From Lama guanicoe (Eukaryota), in the NCBI GenBank assembly GCA_013239625.1, contig MU053557.1:193063-257062 (forward strand): DNA of 64,000 nt, written 5' to 3'. How positions within the stretch are numbered: the first letter of the stretch is position 1; every line of letters starts with the position of its first letter. A program made the translations under genes and the position numbers. Below, in pieces: positions 49,621 to 63,795 of the stretch. The notes under the pieces are model-generated. The model ran no database searches, had not been told where the DNA came from, and saw nothing but the letters and a program-made list of their open reading frames with translations.

Positions 49621-52530
49621 CAATGCCTCCATGTAAAATCACTTTAGATAAAATACTCCATTTTTCAAATGTTGGCAATTGATTCAACTTAAAAGACCCC
49701 ATTGTCTTGGCTGAAGAAAACATGGCAGAGGGCTGGAATCCACCCATGAGCCACCTTTGCAACTTCCGGTCAGAGCTGTTTTCTTCCAGAATCTCCCTAG
49801 TTCCTTCTTGGCTTGGTGTCACATTTGTTTCATATCTTTCCTTCCTCTCTTCTAAATAGCCTTAAATTAGTCCAGATTTTTTTTTCTTCAGTCCTTATGG
49901 AGGAGGAAACAATAGGGATCTTTTTTTTTTTAAATAAATGTTGTTTGGAAATTAAAAATAAAAACAACCACAAGTCTTCCTTTTTCAGTGGAAGAACAGA
50001 GCCGCCTGCCGCAGACTTGGGAGCAAAGGAGCAGAGGATTAGAAGAAAATTTGGAAGAAGAGGCAGGCAGTCAGCTTTTCCTCCTCCAACTCTCACCTGG
50101 AACCCCGTGTTGATCCTTCATTCCCTGCAATGCCCTTCCTACCTTCCTGTTTCAAGGGCTCTCTCTTCTGGCCGAACCTAGGCCTGGGACTCCTTCCATC
50201 CAGATTTGTAGGAACCTTAAGTTCTCAAGTCCCTTGAGGTGGACGCAGCACCGAAGTTGATTAATAACAATTCTATTTTCCTTTGGGAACTGACTCCTTC
50301 CAATTGGGAGGCAGGGGTGTGTGTCCATCCACACATCCTGTCCTCCTCTGCCTGGGGACCTGCACGTGGGTGCCCAAGGGAGGGTGGTTCCCCACGAAAA
50401 CATTGACAAGCTGGCACTCAAAAAAAAAAGCCCATTGCTGGCGACCACCTGACCCAACACGGGGTAATGTGGCTTTGGGGAGGAGGCCAGTTCCCAGAGA
50501 AGCTTTTGCCTAGTTTGCTCAGGCTGTGGGCGAGGAAGCTGAAGTTCGCAGATGACCAGCCTGAAGCACAAGAGATGGGACCTGTGGTGTGTCATCCGTT
50601 TGTGATGCAGCTCGTGGGCTCTGGGCCATATTGGTTTATCAGTTCTCTGCCTCAGTTGCCTTATCTGCAAAATGATCACAATGGTTTCTGACTCAAATAA
50701 ATTTTCTGAGAACGAATGAGGTCTTATCTTCAAAGTACACTGTGTTTTCCAAGTATACAGTGTAACTAGTAAACAGATTACCCTGGAGGGTGGGTGCACA
50801 TCCGGTAAAATCAAGTAACACAACGCCTTGAATAGGTTTCTCCTTCCATCCCAAACTATCTCAAGGACTGTAGGACCTGAGACGTGCTAATTCTTGGGCA
50901 AGCTGGATTGCTCTAGAGAAGTTTCCAGTTGTTGATTTCCACCACTGAGAAGTGGCAGAGTGTGGTTAGCCGGAGAGGGGGATTCACAGACCTGGGCTTT
51001 AATTCTGGGTTTGTCAGTTTCTACTTTGACCTTGGGCAAGTTACTTGAATTCTCTTTCAGTCTTCTCATCTGTGGATGGAATGAATGGCTGAAGCTACCG
51101 CAGTAGTGGTGAAGATGGCAGGAGACCAGGAGAGGAAGTGCTCAGGGTGCTTGCTCATACACACGCGCTCAGCAAGTGCCAGCCAGTGAGGAGGAGGATG
51201 AAGGACTGGTGCCAGTAGTCATACTGTCTTAGTGACGATATGGAAGGACCAAGGGTGAGCACATCACAGGTAAGCCAGCTCAGGTGGTCCTCTGCTCTTC
51301 GCCGTGCTGCCCCGGGCTGGTCCTACAAGACCAACTATTAGAGGCAGTAGGGTCATCCAGTGTGGTGCTGCTTGTGTAGAGAAAATGCCCTCCTTTCTAG
51401 TAAAGGGAATGACAATGGAGGGAAGGAGAAGGGAAAAGAGGCAGGACTGGCCTGGTGGTGGTGGTTCTTTCTGTCAGTTTGCCCCAGTGCCAGCCCAGTG
51501 TGATGGCTTCACAGAATGTCCTTTTCTGAACCTCCAGGGTACCCAGGTCTCCCTGTCCTAGCCTCCTGTGCTTTCCCGCTAGCTCCCCTCACAAAATAAC
51601 TGAACTTGTATTTGTATAGTTACTTGTTAACCATGTCTCCCCCAGCAGACACAAGTTCCATGAAATTAGAGACTATTTCTGTCTCACTCACCATGGACTT
51701 CTTATGACCCCAGTCTCTCTATTATAGTAGGTTTTCAATAAATATTTGAACAGTAAACAGAAACATGAACCTGACATGAGCTTTCTGGTTCTTTCCGTGT
51801 CTGGGAACATGGAGCACCACGTTAGATTACGTTTGTGATAAAATTGCCCCAACTTATCAGGGAGCCCTGGCTGGAGCTTTCACTTTTCCCCTCCAGAAGA
51901 AATTCCCACATGAGGCAGAGACTCCTTTGGAGTAATGCGTCCTTACTCTGTCTGGGTTAACGGTCCCACACGGACACTGCCTTTATTTATAGTCAGGCAA
52001 GGGTTCATTCAACGTGGACCAGGCTTTGGCAATTCAGTCAGGAGTTAGACAGATGACGTCCTTGAAGAATCCTCAAAGAATCTACCTTCTAACAGAGGAG
52101 ACCAAAAGTTAAAGAGCGGAAGAGAGAATTTCAGGTAGTGATGGAAACTCTGTTGAAAATAGAAGATGGCGAGGTGATGTATGATAGTGGCTTAGGGATG
52201 GAAGGAGTAATAGAGATTTGGATGCCTAGGGGAGGTCTGAGGAGGTGGTGGTTGAACTGAGACCCAAATGACAAAGGGAACCAGCCCTATGAAGATCTGT
52301 GGAGAGCATTCCAGAAAGAGGAAGAGGCAAAGGCCCTAAGGGATAAGCTTGGTATGTTTGAGGAGTGGAAAACAGGAGCACACTGAGTCTCCATGGAGTA
52401 GGATGAGATAAGTCAGACAGGTGGGGAGGGGCTGGATCCTGTATAGCATGACAGATCTCCATTAGGCATCTGCACTTGATTTTGGGTGTGATGGGAAGAT
52501 GTTAGAGGGTTTTAGCAGGGGTGAACAAAT

Positions 52531-53143
52531 TGTTAGGAATCAGCAGCAAAAGTAGGCATGTTTTAGCAGGCCAGGAGAGAAAAGGAAAAGGCTCGGGCTG
52601 TTGGATAGTTAGATTAGTGAGGGCACTGGGCAGATAGGTGGGGGAGAGGGAGCATGGTCTGGAAGATGGTAGCATGCCCACCTCCAGCATAAAGGGACTT
52701 TACTTCATCTAAATGAGTGCCAACAAGAAACCAATTAGAACCCAATAGCCACAACTGCGCAGTAGTGACAAGGACCTAAACAGACATAACCCAATGTTCA
52801 TTGTAAAATAATTAGCATTGCGGTTTAGCCCTCCCCTGCCATGGGGTTTTCTGTGTCCATCATGTGTAAAGACATGCACAAAGGGGACAAACATGACTAA
52901 GCACTCCAGGGACAAGAGCCATCAATCAATCAAGAGACCACCTCTAAGTGAGGGGACCAAACAAAGACCAGCACTGCTTTTCCTCCCTTGGATCAGTTCA
53001 TCTCCCATTCTGGGAGGTGTACTTTCCCTTTGCTAATAAATTCTGTAAAATCTTTTGCAATACAACGCTGTCTCCCATCTCAATTTTTATCTTTCAGGTA
53101 TGACAAGAACTGGGGTCTTTTACCTTCCCCTTTTGGGGTAGCG
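52531..53143 (+). mobile_element. ERV1-class solo LTR inserted in an antisense L2 (~52000-53560)
   Basis: Begins TGTTAGGAAT; CCAAT boxes; R/U5-like GGGAGGTGTACTTTCCCTTTGCTAATAAATTCTG...GACAAGAACTGGGGTC; L2 sequence on both flanks. TSD not clear. Confidence 0.7.
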
Positions 53144-55586
53144 GGGATAGAAGAGCAGCCATAGACAGAGGAAGATATAGATCGACCTGGGGATAAACTG
53201 GATGTGAGTGGAAAAATGGAACCAATGATAATTCCTAAGGGTAGATCTGAGACTCCAGCTGACTGATTTACTCATATGGGGGGAAAAACAGAAAAGAAAG
53301 AGGGTCTTGGGAAAAAAGACTTCAACCATGTTCTGTTTTGTTCACATGAAGTTAGAGGCACTTATCAGACAGTCATTTGGAGATATCAAGGGACAGTTGG
53401 CTACACAAGTTCTGAGCTCAGTGGAGAGGTCTGGCCCCAGAGTTGGAGCTGTGGAGACATCAGCATGTGATGGTGCTTAACTCCATGGTCCTGAATGAGA
53501 TCATTGGTGGAAAGTATGTGAACTATGAAGAATAGAGGGTAGGGAGGTGAATACCTTGAATATTTATGCCTATAATCGATGCTACTTTTTTTTTTTAGGG
53601 TCTGAGTCAGCCTGATAGTTTCTTCAGTTCATCATCATACTTTGTGTCTGTACCTCTGAAGAGTCATATGTTCTAATTAGTTAGATATTTAGTAGAGAAA
53701 TGGTTACTGTAAGCTATCTGTAATCATATGCTAGAAATCAGTTGGTGGGTAACAGATGTACATGTGACCAAAGGAAATGCCAAAAACCCACTTCCCATGG
53801 TTGTTCCTCTTGCTTGTACACATCTATTTTTAACACTCATGATTGCAAGGCACAGCCCTAGACACTTGAGGGAACTATGTTTCCCATCAGGGACCCACAG
53901 CAACCGGACACAGTGCTGTGCCCTCGTGTGCCAACATTTACTGCTGCTGATTTGGCAACAGAACTCAAACCACAAGGAAATTTAAGAATGACCTTTGGTA
54001 GCTTGTGTATGTGTGTGTGTGTAGGATGACAGTAAGTGATTGCAGAAAACCAGTTCTATACTTCTAAGGGTTTCCTAACATGTCAAAATTTCTCAGAAAG
54101 CTTTGCTAATTTATGACTTTTTGACTAATTGTCAGAAGTATCTACTCATCTCCCTCCTAAGAGTTCACAGTCAGTAAATTATCAGCTAAGTGAATTTCAT
54201 TCTTTCCTAATACGAGGTAGGTTTTGACCCAAAAACCTGAGAGGGAAACTTTGAGATTCAAACCCTATCAGGTCCCTACTGGTGGTCTGGAGCTGTGTTT
54301 CCATGACTCTCATATACCCAGTTGAAAAGCTAATTATCGCTTAACAAATGGCTTGATCTAGCTACAAATACATGGTTTGTTTTGGGAGTCAAAAAGAGCT
54401 ATTTCAGTGAAGTGGTGCAGCTTAAAGGCAGCCTGTTTCGAAACCATAAGTCTTTGGTTTGGATTCAGACTCTAAAACTTACTGGTTCTATTACTGTGGG
54501 AAAGTCACCACATATTTTTTGTCTTTTGTTGCGTTGTCTGTAGGATGGATATTAGAGTCATAGCTCCTCCTGAGTCCTATAAGGACTGAAATATGTTTTC
54601 TAAACCACTAAGTGCCATATAAACTTTGAGAGAGGGGAGACATCCTCACCATTTTCCCATCTTGTTCAGAAGCACTTTTGGAAGGGAGCAGAGGGTTACA
54701 GGGAGAAATGCTGTGTCCAAGGATCTGCTGAGTTCATGAATTCTCAACCGCTTTAGCTGTCACGTCTCAGTCTCCCAGGCAGGATATGGGTGAATGTGAA
54801 TCCATATCGTGGTGACTCAGCAGGATCCATTAAGAACTTGGTGAACTTGATTATACCAGATGAGGAGTCATCAAACATCTTTTGGCCTCTATCACACAAA
54901 ACCATATTCCGTTTCCAACTCCAGTATTTCATGCTTCATCTGACTCACTACTCCACACCCTTTCTGGACCCACTTTCAGGAGGTTTTAATGCCTCTTTCT
55001 TCAAAGTTCAACCCATTGGGGGGGGCAATTAAATCATGCTTATTGACCTGTAAAATGCCCAGATCATGGGCTCCAGCAATTATAACTTAACAATTTATAT
55101 TGCAAATAGATATTGCCATATTAATTAAATTACTGGAGAATTGAAAACCTAAATCCTTGGGGAATTATTAAATAAGTTGCAATATTACTATACCATGAGA
55201 TATCATATAATCTTCATAAATAAGAAGATAGATCTGGATTTTCAGACATTGGAACATTACCTAGGTGTATTGTTATGTGAAAAAAAAAAACAAGTTGCAG
55301 GACATTCATAAAATGATTCCATTTATGTATACAAGGTATAAATACACTTGCCAGCATATTTATAAACAATTTCTTATGAGATCTCTAAGGTACTATTAAG
55401 GGTATACCTATTTAGGACTGAAGATAGAAGGAGATTTTTACTTTTCACTTCATATGCGTATGCCATGATCATGGATTAAGTCTTACCATACATAAATCAA
55501 ATTTAGTTTTAACTAGATTATTAGCCTAATGGACGATTTGGAAGCCATTAGTGCCCCCTTCCAAGACAACAGACTGAAAACATATT

Positions 55587-56090
55587 ACTTAGGACAACCT
55601 GGTTTCAAGTTACAAGAAAACCAACTCAACAATGCATAAAGGAGTATCTTTTCATGACAGAGTCTTCTGGAACCCCATGGACCACATGGCAGGAAGCACA
55701 GCCAGGTCTCAGAAATATCTGGAAGTGGAAAAACCATTGTGAACTCAAGCCACAGCCTCTCTCCATCTCTTGCCTCTGTTTCTCCCCACATGTCTATTTC
55801 ATTCTTATTCTCTGAGACCTGCTTTTGCTGCCCCCGAGTCCTCCTGGCAGAACCTGGTGGGCCATGGTTCTCAGATCCAAATGTTATGAGACTACTCAAG
55901 TGGAGAGACTAAGTCTCGTCCCTTTGGTCCTAATTTCGTGCTTTCTAGAAGAGTCTTTGATTAGCTCAGCTTGTGCCCAGTGTCCGACCCTTGTCTAGTC
56001 AACAGTGGCCAGTGGGATGGAGCCCTGTAGTAACAAATGACTGCTGAGGGCCCATTCCAACTGAGGGTAAGGAAAGCTACGGTGGGAAGA
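55587..56090 (-). mobile_element. Old MLT1 (J/K-like) LTR
   Basis: GGTTTCAAGTTACAAGAAAACCAACTCAA...TTTGATTAGCTCAGCTTGTGCCCAGTGTCCGACCCTTGTCTAGTCAACAGTGGCCAG. Confidence 0.6.
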
Positions 56091-57084
56091 CACTCCAAAA
56101 GGTATCCCTAACAAGACTATTTACTAGATGTTTTGGGCAAGCTCGAGGGGCTGCGTTGCTAGGTTACTGAAGACACTACTTTTAATTGCCAAGTCACTAA
56201 TTCACTCTTCTGTGTCATGCCACCGATTTATTTTGCTAGGAAAGTTCACGTTGAGGAACTTGTAATATGGAAATACTGGTTACAAAAAAGAACATTTTGA
56301 GTACTCTAATGTACTTACTTTAGACATATTTAGTAGCTTGACTTTACTGGGGCGAATCAGTTCACATAGTTTGGAGTCACTTGGTGTCTGAGACAACTCA
56401 ACTATCACATACAGAACTGCGATGAAATTGTGAGAATGGAACAGTTTGTATCACCAGAAGTTATTCTTTCTTCTCAGTCGTCAATCCATTGACATACCAG
56501 GAACTGACTAAAGGATTGTTGTTTAAATACATTTTTAAGAGACACCAGAAGTGAAATGAAAGAATATAAGAATCCCACATAGAAGCTGTCATAGCCATCT
56601 ATCCATCTGGCTAACGTTTATTATAGCACATCTACCGTTGGTCAAACGCTCGCTAGGCATGAAGATTAAAGGATGGTGAGAGCATTTACCTGCCCTCAAG
56701 AAGTTCAGTCTAGTGGACTGAATGAAAAAATGAAAAATAATGTAATATCTTAAAGGATATAGATATGAGTAGGAACTTACAGCTCAGGGGAGGGAGGAGG
56801 GATGTTGGGTGAAGAGGAAGTGGTGCATTCAGTCTCATGGAATGTGAAGGTTCAGAATCTCTTACAAACACCGCAATGAAGAAAGAGCCACTATATTTTG
56901 GTTTTATGTACGTCTATCTCTGAGCTTCTACACAAAGGAAAAAACAGCTAGCTAGCTCATTTAATCCCTCATTGGACTGAGTCCCATGAGGTCAGAGCCC
57001 ACGTTCCTCTTGTTTACCACCATGTCCCCTACCTTTATGATGTCTGATGCATCACAGATGCTCAGGAAGTACCACTAAAAGAAA

Positions 57085-59600
57085 ACTGTTTACTGAAGGG
57101 AAACATACATACAGGAAAGTGCACAGAACATAAGTGCACAGCATCGTGAATTTTCATGACATGAACACCAACACCAAGATCAGGGAATATTACTGGCACC
57201 CCAGCAGACCCTCAAGCCCCCTTCCAGTCACTACTCTTAAAAGATCAACACCATCCTGACTTCAGTCACCATAGATAAGTTTTGCCAGATTTTGGACTTT
57301 ACGTAGATAGAATTACATAGAATGCATTCACTTGCACTTGGCTTCTTTTGCTCAATATTATGCTTGAGGGATTCATCTGTATCCTTGAATGTATTAAATC
57401 TGTTCATTCTCTTGCCAAATAGCATTACATTATACGGATATACCAAAGTTGATTCATTTTTCTGTTGATGGATATTTGGGTTTTGGGCTCTTAAGAATAA
57501 TATTGCTATTAATGCTTTTGACTATGTCTTTTGGCACACATATAAAAATTTCTGTCGGGAATAGTCCTAGAGAAATTGTTGGGATGTGAGTAAGCTCCCA
57601 GTGCACACATTTGACATTAGTTCCTACCAAAGTTTTCAAAGTTTACTAATTTACATTCTTTTCAAAAGTACATGAGTTTCAGTTGCTTCTCATGTTGGCA
57701 GCAACTTGGAATTACCAGGCGTTTACACTGTAGCCTTTCTGGTGGGTCTGTGGTGGTATCTCACTGTGGCTTTAATTTGCATTTCTCTGATAACCAACAA
57801 TGTTGATCGTCTATTTTTGTATGTTTTTGGTAATATGAGCATCCTCCTGTGAATTGTCCTTTCAATCTTTTGCTCATTTTTTTCCTTCTAATTGGGTTCT
57901 CAATCCCTTTTCTCCTTGAAGGAGTTCCGCATGTGTTTTGGATATGAGTCCTTTGTTCAGATAGAGGTATTGCAAATATATTTTCCCACTCAGTGGCTTT
58001 CCTTTTCACTTTCTTACTGGTAGTTTTTGATAAACAGAATTTACTTTCACGTGATCCAATGAATCATTCTTTTCTTTTATGGCACTTTTATGCTTTTTGT
58101 GTCTTGTTTAAAAATATTTGACTACCTCCAGATCATGAAGATACATTCTCCTATGTTTTCTTATAGACATTTTACTGTTTTGTCTTTCATGCTTAGCTCT
58201 AAAATATAACTAGATTAATTTTTACATATGGTGGGGTCAAAATTCAATATCTAATTTTCCCAGCACCATGAAAAGGCCATGAATTTTTGTTATAATTCAG
58301 GTGACTGATGCATGGGTCAATTCCTGTATTCTCTATTCTGTTCCACTGTTTGTCTATTCCAGTGCCTGTACCACAGAGTCTTAACTATTGTAGCTTTGCA
58401 GTGAATTCTGATACCCAACCTTCTTCTTCTTCAATGTTATCTCAGTGTTCTTGGCATTTCCATTTAAATTTTAGAATCTCAATTTCCATTAGAAAAATCT
58501 TCTGGAATTTTGGTTGGGACTGCCTGCCTAAAGGCCAGCTACTGAGTCAATAGATCAATTGGGAGAGAAGTGATAATATTTATATATTGTATCTTCCAAT
58601 CGCTGAACATGAAATATATTTTCATTTATTTAATATCATCCTTACTTTCTCCTAATAATGTTTTGCCAGTTACTATATGTAGAGATTTTGCCCATATTTT
58701 GTTAGATTTATACTTTGGTCTTTGGTGTTTTATTTGCAGCTATGGTAGATGTTATTACTTTTTATTTTAATCTAATGCTACATTTATTTAGCTTTATGGA
58801 ATGGTGCAGGGCATGCAGTATAAGAGCAGAGCATCTTTAATTTGTTAGAATGCACAGCAGCTCCCCAGACATGCAGTTTCTTTGGTCCCCTCATCCACAT
58901 AGAGTGTATATGTGTGCTTCAGATGATTTTCCACCAGGATCTTCCCCCTAGCTTTACTGGGGGATTATTGACAATAAGAGATTATAAGAAATCATATATA
59001 TTTAAGATGGGTGACCTGATGACCTGGTATATGTATACATTTGTGAAATATTCATAACGTATTTATAATAGCCAAGATAAGGAAATAATCTAAGTGCCCA
59101 TCTGCTGATGAATGAATAAAGAAAACATGAGATACACACACATATACTCATGGACACACACATAAACACAATGGAATATTATTCAGTCCTGAAAAGAAGG
59201 AAGTCTTGTGACTTGTGACAGCATAAGTGAAGGAACCTTGAGTTCCTAAGTGAAATAAGCCTGTTATAGAAGAAAAAATACTGCACAATCTCACTTATAT
59301 GTGGAATCTAAAATAGACTCACAGAAATAAGAGAGTAGAAAGGTGGTTTCCAGGGGCTGAGGCAGGGGAGAAATAGGGAAATGTTGGTCAAGGTGTACAA
59401 ACTTTCAGTTATGCAAGTTGAGTAAGTTCTGGAGAACTGGTGTGCAGCTAAGTGACTGCAGTCCACGATATTGTATTGCGTACCTGAAATTTGTCAAGAG
59501 GGTAGATCTTGGTTGCTCTTGCCACAAAGAAGAACAAAATAGGTCAATGTTATTGCTTTTTAAGTTTTCTACTTGTTTATTGCTGGTTTAATAAACAATG
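57085..59600 (-). mobile_element. Old L1M (3' UTR plus ORF2 end), host of a younger L1 insertion
   Basis: ORF-track peptide MKRKATEWENIFAIPLS; GTGGTATCTCACTGTGGCTTTAATTTGCATTTCTCTGAT; host resumes at 59562 (TTTTCTACTTGTTTATTGCTGG). Confidence 0.85.
58764..59546 (-). mobile_element. L1MA-type insertion with 5' inversion and 3' transduction
   Basis: TSD ATGTTATT[A/G]CTTTTT at 58749-58763 and 59547-59561; antisense L1 terminus ~58942-59050; sense-strand 3' UTR segment 59051-59546; non-L1 segment ~58769-58941. Confidence 0.85.
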
Positions 59601-62600
59601 ATATAAATAGAATAAAATAAAAAATAAATAATGGATCAAAGCAACTCATCAATTTAATTGGGAAAAGCTAAAAGCAGTAATTTGGTTATCACTTAGACAA
59701 AAATGAAACCATGAAAAATTTTTCTACTTTAGAACAGAATAAGAAAAGGTCAGTATGTGAGGTGACTATTGCTCAGAAAGAGAATAGAGGTGGAATAGAG
59801 CGCAGAAGACAGGCACCCTCCCTCCATCCCTGCTCTGATCATGAAGATCAGGGGTTTTCATCTGTTGAACCATCTGGCCTGCAGATGTGATATGTTTGAT
59901 TGTCACAATGAATTTTTAAAATAAATTGAGTCAGCACGAACATTTGGGAGATTTTTGAAAAACACAGCCTTCTTGATTTTCTTTAAAAGCTGGAGATCTG
60001 CCTCTCTGGGCTTTGATTTCTGATGGCAGAAGCGGAGTTGGGCAGGGGTGCACTGGGTCTCCAGTTTTACCACTGCCTTTGTGACTTACTGTCTTCTGAA
60101 ATGGACTCATTATGTTCCCAAGCTAGCTTTATTTTTATATCAGAACTCCTTAAAAGAGCTGTGTAAACATAGTGCTTCTGCTTTCTTACCTCCCAGGTCT
60201 GGCCTCATCCTTCTTTAGATGGCTTTTGTCCCTATCTGCTCCAATGAATTGGCTCTTTCAATGTTCTTACTGACTGAAATCTTGCCAAGTCCAGGAACCC
60301 ATTCTTTGTCTTCACTGTGCATGGTCTCCTGCTATGGCAGTGGCCCTGACTGGTCATGCCTTCCTTCCTGGAGACGTGACCTTGCAAGCTTTCATGATGC
60401 AAGCTCCCGTGTTCCCCTTCTATCAGACAAGGCACTCTTAGCCCCTTTGCCTCGTTTTCCCTACTGTCAGATTCGATGTGTGTTCCAGGGCTCTGCCCTC
60501 TGATCTCCCCTCTTCTCTCTCTGCCTTCTCTCCAGATGAGCTTATCCAGGAGGGCAGAGTCTTCATCATGGTCACCGCTCTATCTCCACTGTCTGTAAAA
60601 ATGCCTAACACAGGATAGAAGCTTGACAAGTGTTGGTTGAAGGAACAAGTGTAAACATGGGGAATGAGGGTTCCCAGTGATTCTTGCTTTCCAGCATTGT
60701 TTAGCTTTTCCTTACTCCTGGAGTCTCCCTGCTGACAAATGAGCTCACTAACTGGGGCTGAGGATACAGAGCATTCATTCAAAGTTGAATTAATTTAACA
60801 AATGTTTATTGGAAATAAAGAAATGCAGACAGTGAAAATTATCTCTTGTGTTTCGTCTATATGGTGTTGCCCATTTTAAAAATACAAGAAATGTAATATT
60901 ACAACACAAAAAAGGCAAATGGAGTCCTCTGCATTAGATGTGACTCAAAGCTCCTAATGGGGTTGCAATGTCTTTAGAGAAACTTTTTTATCTCAACTGG
61001 ATGAACTTTTCTTCCAATGTTTGAGAAAACATGGTGTTTTTATTGTTGATCAAATTATCTGATTTTACACTCAAAACCGATAATTACACTCAAAACGAAA
61101 TTCAACTTATATTTTTTTAGCATTGCCAAAGTCTGGAGAACTATCTTTTGGTCATTTTTGTAGTTTTAGCTTTACTGTTTATCATGCACTTTGCTGTGAA
61201 CCCCAGAATTGTATGCATTTCTGCACCAATGGTCATAAAGACCTAAATTTTATCTTTGCCAGGTGTTCCAGTGAGGTTCCTTTCCAAAGATAAATAATTA
61301 TACTTAAGGACAACTGTCATAAGAAACGCATTATCCTTACATGTACACATTAAAACGCAGAGCAAACTGTGTAGCCGTCATTTCAGGCACAATGCTGAAT
61401 TTCATAGAGTGTATTTAACTGGTGTTAAAGCTTGGAAGTCAGGGAAATTCTCTCCTTGGTGATAGTCTTTCCCTAGCCGTAACTTCTTACCCAAAGGGGG
61501 AAATTTTCCTTTCTGTTAGACCCTTTCTGGAGTTTCGAGGACTCATTTGCTGACTATATTTAGATAAGCTGTTGTATCTTAGCCAAAGACTTCTTTCCAT
61601 ATGTGCCTGCAGCTTTCTAAACAGGGTTCACATAAGCCACTCCTGCATCGTTTGGAATTGCTAAATGAGTTAGACAAGGTCTGTTTATTTTAGGGAGCAG
61701 ACCGACACGCAGAGGCAAGGCTGTGAGGACCATAATGAGGCTGGATGGCTACTTGCTAGATGTAATCCTCTGAGCTATTTTATAAAAATGATTAATTACA
61801 GCATGTGCCGAGTCACACGAGTATCAGAGCCCAGCTGTCTGGGAGGGAAAGCTAGAAGGATGTCAGTCAGTTCTAGATGAAACTCGATATCCAGGGCAAG
61901 AAATAGTCTCTGTCCTTTCCACTCTCATCCCTCCACCTGTGCTTTTGATCCTGGGCTTCTAATAATTCTTGCCATCCTGTTTGTCAGTGTTTCCCCTACT
62001 CCTGGACTCTTTGTCAGCTGGCAAATGAGCACAAATCACCTTTAGGTGTGACTGAGGACATACGGCATTAATTCAACCATTCATTTAACAAATATTTATC
62101 GAGCAGCGGTCAGGGACAATCCTAGGCTATGCAGATACAGGCTGTCTTGGATAAGACAGTCAAGATGCTGCTCTCAGGGAATTTACATTCTTGGGTGAAG
62201 TGGGGTGATGGTGGGGAAGATAATAAACAAATAAATGAACAAGACAATGTCTGCAAGTGTCAAGCACTAGGGAAAAAAAAAACTAGGATGATGAGGTTGA
62301 CACTGATTGATGGGGTATGGGGGAGACCTCCCTAGAAGAGAATAAAGCTTGGAATAGAATCATAACGGGATCTACAATGTCTGTCCCTTCCCTCCATCTT
62401 CATCTTCTGTAGCATCTCTGTCTATGCAGAGCCAAATGTCTAGTATGTGCACCTGGATCCAGCAGGACCTGAGTCCCCGCTGCCCACCCATCCCTTTACT
62501 TTTTACAGGCTGACATGACTGAAGTAACTCCATAATTGTTACTTAAGCACGCCCTTCGCACCTAGGTACTGTTCTAAGCTCTATTCTCTTTCAATTCTCA

Positions 62601-63639
62601 CAGCAGTTGAAGACCCTTATTTTTCATTTTACACATGAATCCCAGAGACAGTACATAGCTTTCCCAAGGCTCACAGCTAGTAGTGTCACAGCCACAGGGC
62701 ACCTCTGTCTTAAAGCTGTCTCATCCCCTTGACTTTCCTGACACGACTCTCCCAGATATCCTCTTGTCTGCCTAACACTCTCCCTGGGGATCTGCCTCCT
62801 CTGCACTCATCTCCTACCCAGGCATCTAAACTCACCCATGCACAGAGACTCTCAAATCTCTGCCCATAGCCTTGGTCTTCTCTGATACGCTATGGTTTGG
62901 TGGGATTTCCAGAGACTGACTATCATAATCAAAAGGATTTGTAAGAATGGTGATCCCCACTCCCCTTAGATGATGCAGTTGGAGTCGCAAGTTCCGGCAG
63001 TACTTCTGGAAGCCCTGGGGTCAATGGGTGAAACATTCTTGGGTCCAGAGGATGCTGGAACAAAGTCAGAACACTCACTTAGCTACAACATAACCAAATG
63101 TATTGAGCGTGTGCTATTCTGTACCCTAGAAGGGTCCCTAAATCAGGGACAGCAGATGGGCGGTAGATATATGTACTGCCACTCCCTCTCCCAGGACAGC
63201 CATGCTTATCAGTCCCATCACTCCTACCCCAATGATGGAAGAGGCTTCCTCAGAAGCATTCTTAACACAGCGTTACTGGTAGTTGCTGTGAATTGATCAG
63301 AATTAATAGAAGAGAAGAAAAACACCTGCAGTGGGATAACACACCAGGGATACGCGAGGCGCTGGGAGCATGGGGATCAGTATGACAGGCACCCCCCCCA
63401 CCCAGGGACCAGCAGGGAGAGACCCAGCACAAATAGACAAGAGCAAAGCAGGCAAGATGCTGGGAAAGCCGCGTGTGCAGGGGCCGGTGGGAGCACGAGG
63501 TGCCCACCTCGCTCGAGTGGGGGGTGTGGGTGGGGGACACGGGTGGACCACATCAGAAGAGACTGAGGAGAGGCCTTATTTTCCACTGTGGGCTAGTTCC
63601 TTAGTCTCTCAGGGCCTTGGATGATTATCCTGTAATCTC

Positions 63640-63795
63640 GGACAGGCTTACTCAATGTCTCTGAGCCTCAGTTTCCTTATCTGTAAAATGGGGGTAATAA
63701 CAACTCCTACCTCATAGGGCTGTTGTGAGGATTGAATGAATTAATCCATGTGGAGTGTTGAGAAAGTACCTGGTTCACAAAAAGTACTCAGGTGG
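63640..63795 (+). mobile_element. MIR SINE core
   Basis: TCTCTGAGCCTCAGTTTCCTTATCTGTAAAATGGGGGTAATAACAACTCCTACCTCATAGGGCTGTTGTGAGGATTGAATGA. Confidence 0.9.

Noticed and set aside
50152..50823. 223-aa minus-strand ORF
   Set aside because: Partly MIR-derived (IIILQIRQLR), with no domain or splice support.
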